NCBI RefSeq assembly: GCF_018350175.1 | Contig: NC_058382.1 | Coordinates: 8,184,001-8,248,000, forward strand | Direction: 5' to 3' | Length of the DNA: 64,000 nt | Source of the DNA: Felis catus | Taxonomy: Eukaryota | Shown: positions 59,301 to 64,000 of the stretch, one piece after another | Layout of the letters: each line of letters begins with the position of its first letter | Position numbering within the stretch: the stretch's first letter is position 1 | Program-made: the position numbers and the translations under genes | The notes under the pieces: model-generated | What the model saw: only the letters and a program-made list of their open reading frames with translations | Told to the model about the DNA's origin: nothing | The model's database searches: none

Positions 59301-60610
59301 CTGCAGCTGATCAGCACCCCAACCCCAAGAGTCTGGGCCCCCAGCCCCCTGCTCTTACTCACAGTAGCCGTGTCGGTCCCCCCTGACTCCTGGGAACGGG
59401 GCTCTGACCGTGGGCTCCGGCAGCCCCTCCATCGAAGGCCGTGACACCGGGAGCCATCTGGAGAGAGATTTGCATGGGAGATTGGACACAGGGGACGAGA
59501 CACAGAGACTCTGTGGAGTCAGAGGAAAGAGGAGCCTGCTCGGGCTCTTGAGGAGGGAGCCAAACTCCTGCCTGCTCTCCCTGCCTCCACCCCTCAGCTC
59601 CCACCTTGGGGCCCAGAAAGACTTCCCCAGCGCCGTTCTGAGGCACTCTCACCCACCTGACCTCCTAGCTGCCCTCAGGATGGATTCCAGACAAGCCAGC
59701 CTGGCACGAGAGCCTTGTGGTGACACAGGTCCCATGGAGCTCTCCTGCCTCACCTCCTGCTCACACCCCAGGACTGCCAGCCCCAAAGAACCACAGCTCG
59801 GTCCTGCAACACGCCCCTGTGCTGTGTGCCTGCTGGGTGCCTCTGCCTACCAGGCTTTCCTCTTTACCAGACAACAACTTCAGTACATCCTTGGAGACCC
59901 AATTCACCGGTCTGCCCCTCTAGGAAGCCTCCCCAGACCCCATCTCCTCCACACTAGCTTAACTGAGCCTCCTGCGCTCTCCTAGTGCCTCGGGGCCACC
60001 TCTGCGCTGTGACTGTATCTCCCCTCCACCAGACCGTGAGCCCCTCCAAGGCAGCCATGGGGTCCGACCCATCTTTGGCTCCCCGAGCCAGCACAAGGGT
60101 GGTACCCGGGAGGCCTCAAAAGTTTTTAGGAATGCAATTAGGATAAAGAATACGGAGAGATGGGACGGAGGCTAAGAGGAACCAGAACCCATCGTACCTT
60201 TATCATTTGGCAGATCCCCCTGCAGGGAACTTCCCACAGCCTGCTGAATGGCCCGCTAGAGAAAAGGTGGAGGGTGGAGGGGGTGGAAAGAAAGGGCAGT
60301 CAGGGGACCCGTGCAAATGGTCACAAGCTCTGCTCCTGGGAGACAGCCACTCCAGACACCCCTATAACGAAACTCGAACCCTTCAGAGGAGCCAAGTGTC
60401 CAGGCCCCCAGCCCCTCCTCCCCCCAGGGCCCAGGAGCTGGGCCCTGACATCTGCATTTCCAGCCCATCCCTCCCTTGGCCCCAGACATCTAGCAGCCTT
60501 ACCAGGATGAAGGCAGAAGGAGAAAGCGTGGGGTCTCTGTCCGGCGGACCATCGCCCAGATCCTCGCCCGACTCCTCTGTCTTCCCTCGAGACTCATCTT
60601 CTTCCTCCAT
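50390..60610 (-). CDS. SCAF1: SR-related CTD-associated factor 1 (partly masked by N-gaps)
   Basis: Coding exons 60503-60610 ([17 protein letters not shown]), 60198-60255, 59363-59457, 59014-59114, 58808-58923, 53220-56072 (large Pro/RS/acidic exon containing 3 gaps), 52487-52569, 52038-52256, about 50876-51016 (almost entirely inside a gap; donor and acceptor flanks visible), and 50390-50581 ([27 protein letters not shown]...PPL*). ATTAAA at 50161-50166. Confidence 0.96.
51314..51900 (+). mobile_element. Two CAN-SINEs (51314-51520, 51703-51900)
   Basis: SINEC heads, (ct)n tracts, A tails. Confidence 0.88.
56968..57185 (+). mobile_element. CAN-SINE
   Basis: Full-length copy with TSD aagagggcagt(g/c)ccag. 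Confidence 0.9.
58195..58395. mobile_element. MER5A-like hAT-Charlie MITE
   Basis: gttagaaatgcaaattcccgggccccaccccagacccactgaatcaga ... aagtctgagaagc. Confidence 0.7.
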
Positions 60611-63099
60611 GGTCACCTGGTGGTTGAGGGGGTGAGAGTTTGGAGTGGAGGCAGGGGTGGGGGGTGGTGGAAGGGGCTGGAAGCAGAGGATGGACGCAAG
60701 GATCTCCAGGGCCTCCGCCACGGCTTTGACCAAGCGTCCTCCTCAGCATCCTTCTGCCCTCTACCACCACACGCCAGTCCTTGGGCGAGTCCCAGGCCCT
60801 GAGCAGACGTCGCAGAGACCAGAATGGCTCTCCTCCCTTGCCTAGATTTCTACTGCTTCCTTTCTTGCAGGGAGGCCTTCTGGCCTCCTATTTCAACACT
60901 CCACTCCCCAGTCTCCACTTAAAGCTTCCCCCACAACCAAGCTTTAAGACCTCCCTGCCTGCCCCCACGTTGGCTGATGTTTTTCCCGGTTGAGTTGTGA
61001 TTTCAAATACTGTGTCCTGCAGTCCCCTAAACTCTCCTCTCCCAAACTGAGATACGTGCCAGTGTACTGAGTATACCTCAGATACCATGCAGCTCCCTAA
61101 AGCGGCAACGATTCTCCTCGATGGTGAGGGGGCAAAAAAAAAAAGAAAAAATTGGTTTATACACAAAAAATGGAGCTACAAGAGTGATGTACACAACCAA
61201 CACCAGACCGAAAACACTACTTTCAGAAAGGCACGCGGAGGACATCCACCTATCACCAATCTGCCCATTGTGGGAGATCGTGGCTAAAGCCTTCATGAGG
61301 TCACAGAAATTCTCAGATCATTCGGAGGTTGAAAGATTATCCTTCAGACTGGTGGGTGTCCCCATTAGGTCTTCAGAAAGTAGGAGTACTCCAGCTGCAA
61401 GCTTCCTTAGAACCATCCAATCTGCTACTGTGAAAACACTATCCGGGTCTCCAGAGTTCCCAGAAAGCTTTAAAACCCCTGACTCTTTATGCTTCTCTGC
61501 AGACGGGCACCACAAGAGTATCTACCTCCAAGAAGGGCGGTAAGAACTGAAAGCAAAGGGACTTTCTGCTACAGAGTTAGCACAGCCCAAGCGCTCCATA
61601 CAAAATAACAAAAACTAGCTTCAAGGCCCGGGTTTATGGCACATCTACCTCCCCCATTCTCCCAGCTGCACACCTGCCAAGCAAATGCATCGGTCCTGGT
61701 CTCCTTCCTACCATAGCTTTCCAAGCTCTGCCCAAGCTCCCACTGGCAACCACCTCCCAGACAAGAGCCTGTGGCTCCTTCACTAACTCCCACTAACATG
61801 TCCCGCCTTGTTAAACCCCTGTGGACAGTTCCCAGCCCTGGAGCTGCTCTCCAGCACCTCTGGGAAAAGCGCATGTTACGCAGAACAGTGACTGCCACAT
61901 AACAGGGGCTTTAGTCAAGACCTGCTGAGGACAGACACACAGATCCCCAAGCCCTCCGCGGTGCATGAAGATGCTCCCCTGCCCATTTAGACATGCCCCA
62001 GGCTTTGCGGACACATCCACAGTTCTTTATATCTTTTTGACATGAAAAGGTTCTGCAGACATGGCTAGGTCCCTCTAGATCAGTGTTCCCCAAACTACAG
62101 TCTGAGAGCAGTACAGTGCTTTGCAATTAGCTTGTTATAAAAAAATAAAAGTAAATCGAACACAGTTGAAAATTCTTCACGGTGCATCACAAGTAGTACG
62201 TGGGAATATTAATTAATGGGACTTTGGCATTAAATACACACGTCAGTATGTCCTAGCTGTGAACACAAAAAATGCACTTCTTACTGTAGATCAAGGTCAA
62301 GAGAGTCTGAAAAGCATTGCACTAAATGAGTCTCAATGATCCTACAGACTTCCCCAGACTAATGTGGACTAATTCCAACTCTCTATAGCTCCAGGGCAAT
62401 GCAGAATTTTTATCAACATTTTTCATTTAAATTACATTATAAAGTGCAAGTACATTTGAGCTGGGCAAATTTTCCAATACTCTCCTTTGTCTTGTTCTCC
62501 ACGCGATTACCCAGCCCCAAAAGGCATTCGAATTGCTCCAGGCATAAAGACTGTACTCTTGCAGTCACACTGAAAGCCACCTAGATGGTTCCAGGTCCTT
62601 CTAAGTGCCCCCCAGCCTCCTGTCACCCATATTAGACACTCTCAGACGTTAGAGACCCATCCAGGCCTCTCAGCACCCGTCAGTATTTGCCTCCCTCCCT
62701 TGGTGGGCACATCCCACCCCCCTGGGTGGCCCTAAAAGACTTCCTAGCCCTCCAACAGTTCTTCCAGACCCGCTACATGGCCCCAGACCCAGGTAGGTGA
62801 GCCGCATCCTCAAGGCAGCCCATGTAGACACTCCCAGTCCTAACAGACATACCCCGGGCGCTATAGATGGCTCTGCAGATACTCCTCTGCTCTTGCAGAC
62901 CTCCTTCACCCTGGGACATATCTCAAGATCTCAAGATGGCCCCAGAACCCTATAAACAGACCCTAGCTTCGGGTCAGCCCGTAAAGACGATCAACAGTGT
63001 CTACAGATATGACCCAGGCCAGCTATGTGATGGAGGGCAGGCTCCAGTCTCAGTCCAGGCCCGGTGGACATCCCCAGTCCTCTCGGGGACGCCCCGTAG

Positions 63100-63780
63100 A
63101 TGCCCCCCGGAACCCACAGACGCGTCCCGGGGCCTTGAGAAGGCCCCCCGCTCGGCGCCAGGCTCCGCCGCCGCTGCCGGGCCCGAGGCCGCCCCGCTAA
63201 GTCCGCCAGGCCCCGCGGCGTGTGGGGAGGACCCCGGGACAACTAGCGACCCGACTCCGCCCCGCCCACCCCGATAGGCCCGAGCCCCGCGGCCCAGACT
63301 GCCGCCGCCATCTTACCCCGCCGCTCGGGCTGCGGCTCCGGCCCCGGCGCGGGGCGGGGCGGGCTGGGGGGGCTCGCGAGCAGAGGGAGGAGAGGGGCGG
63401 AGCTAAAACGCCGCCGAGCTTGCCGGGACTTCAAGTACCGAGCACGGTGCCGTGAAGGCTGGTGGGAAGGCTCCGGACTCAATTTCCCAGCAACCAATGG
63501 GGCACATAGGCATGAGCGCGCGCGACGGACGCCGGGAGGCGTAGTCCGCACGTCGCCTCCGTCGCGCGGGGACAGCAAGGAGGTGAGAGGTGAAGTGGGC
63601 GGGGTTGCGGCAGCCCGCGACAAGGCCCCACGGTGCCCTGCGCGCGCGCGGAAAGAGCTGCGGAACAGGAAGTGATGTAAGACCACTCAGCCCGACCGCC
63701 GCAAGGGAATTGTAGTTCCGAGGAGTGGGAAGTAGAAAAACAGCCGGACTTGCTGAGTTGCCCCGCCCACTTTCTGGGGA
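63100..63780 (-). promoter_or_regulatory. SCAF1: SCAF1 CpG-island promoter and non-coding exon 1 (donor at 63317)
   Basis: CpG island; CGGG|GTAAGATGGCGGC donor overlapping a YY1 motif; GC boxes; CCAAT at about 63495; ZNF143/THAP11 motif GGGAATTGTAGT at 63705-63716. By synteny RRAS should follow beyond the window. Confidence 0.85.
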
Positions 63781-64000
63781 TCCCAGAATCCCGATCTCCT
63801 AGTCCTCTCTAAATTTAGAACCAAGGAGCCTGATGTACAACCTCCTCCTCATTTAGGACGGAAAAGTCCAAATTCTGATTCCTCTCATTCAGCAGAGAAG
63901 CCTGGACTCCCTATTTCCCTCCTGCCTGGGACTTGGGAGTCCGACCACTTCTTCCTTCCAACCAGGAGTCTGGCCCTCAGGCCCTTCCTTCCTCAGACCA

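Noticed and set aside
61060-61345. Possible C/D snoRNA or scaRNA in SCAF1 intron 1 (ATGAT...CTGA on the minus strand, small hairpin ctgagtatacctcag)
   Set aside because: No exact RUGAUGA C box, terminal stem or recognisable guide. An Infernal/Rfam search would be needed to support it.

Overview
Mammalian genomic DNA, almost certainly a carnivore and probably a felid (dense tRNA-derived CAN-SINEs). It is a draft assembly with 7 N-gaps, syntenic to human 19q13.33 in inverted orientation. Six genes were reconstructed exon by exon from GT/AG junctions: CPT1C (-, 18 coding exons, 803 aa), an intact two-exon ADM5/adrenomedullin-5 prohormone gene (-, 107 aa), PRMT1 (-, 371 aa with the alternative NES exon), BCL2L12 (-, about 250 aa, exon 6 partly in a gap), IRF3 (+, 420 aa) and SCAF1 (-, partly in gaps). 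The SCAF1 CpG-island promoter lies at the right end. No prokaryotic elements or CRISPR arrays are present. The observations most worth following up are: an intact ADM5 with a tribasic site predicting a short 41-aa amidated peptide; a dense ZNF143/THAP11-type motif array with a 20-bp inverted pair in the last IRF3 intron; a promoter-like CCAAT/KLF array in BCL2L12 intron 5; substitutions in conserved CPT1C acyltransferase motifs; loss of the human-type long BCL2L12 and IRF3-CL reading frames; and a SINE insertion that duplicated a CPT1C splice donor. Comparisons with other species rely on recalled sequences and need confirming by alignment.
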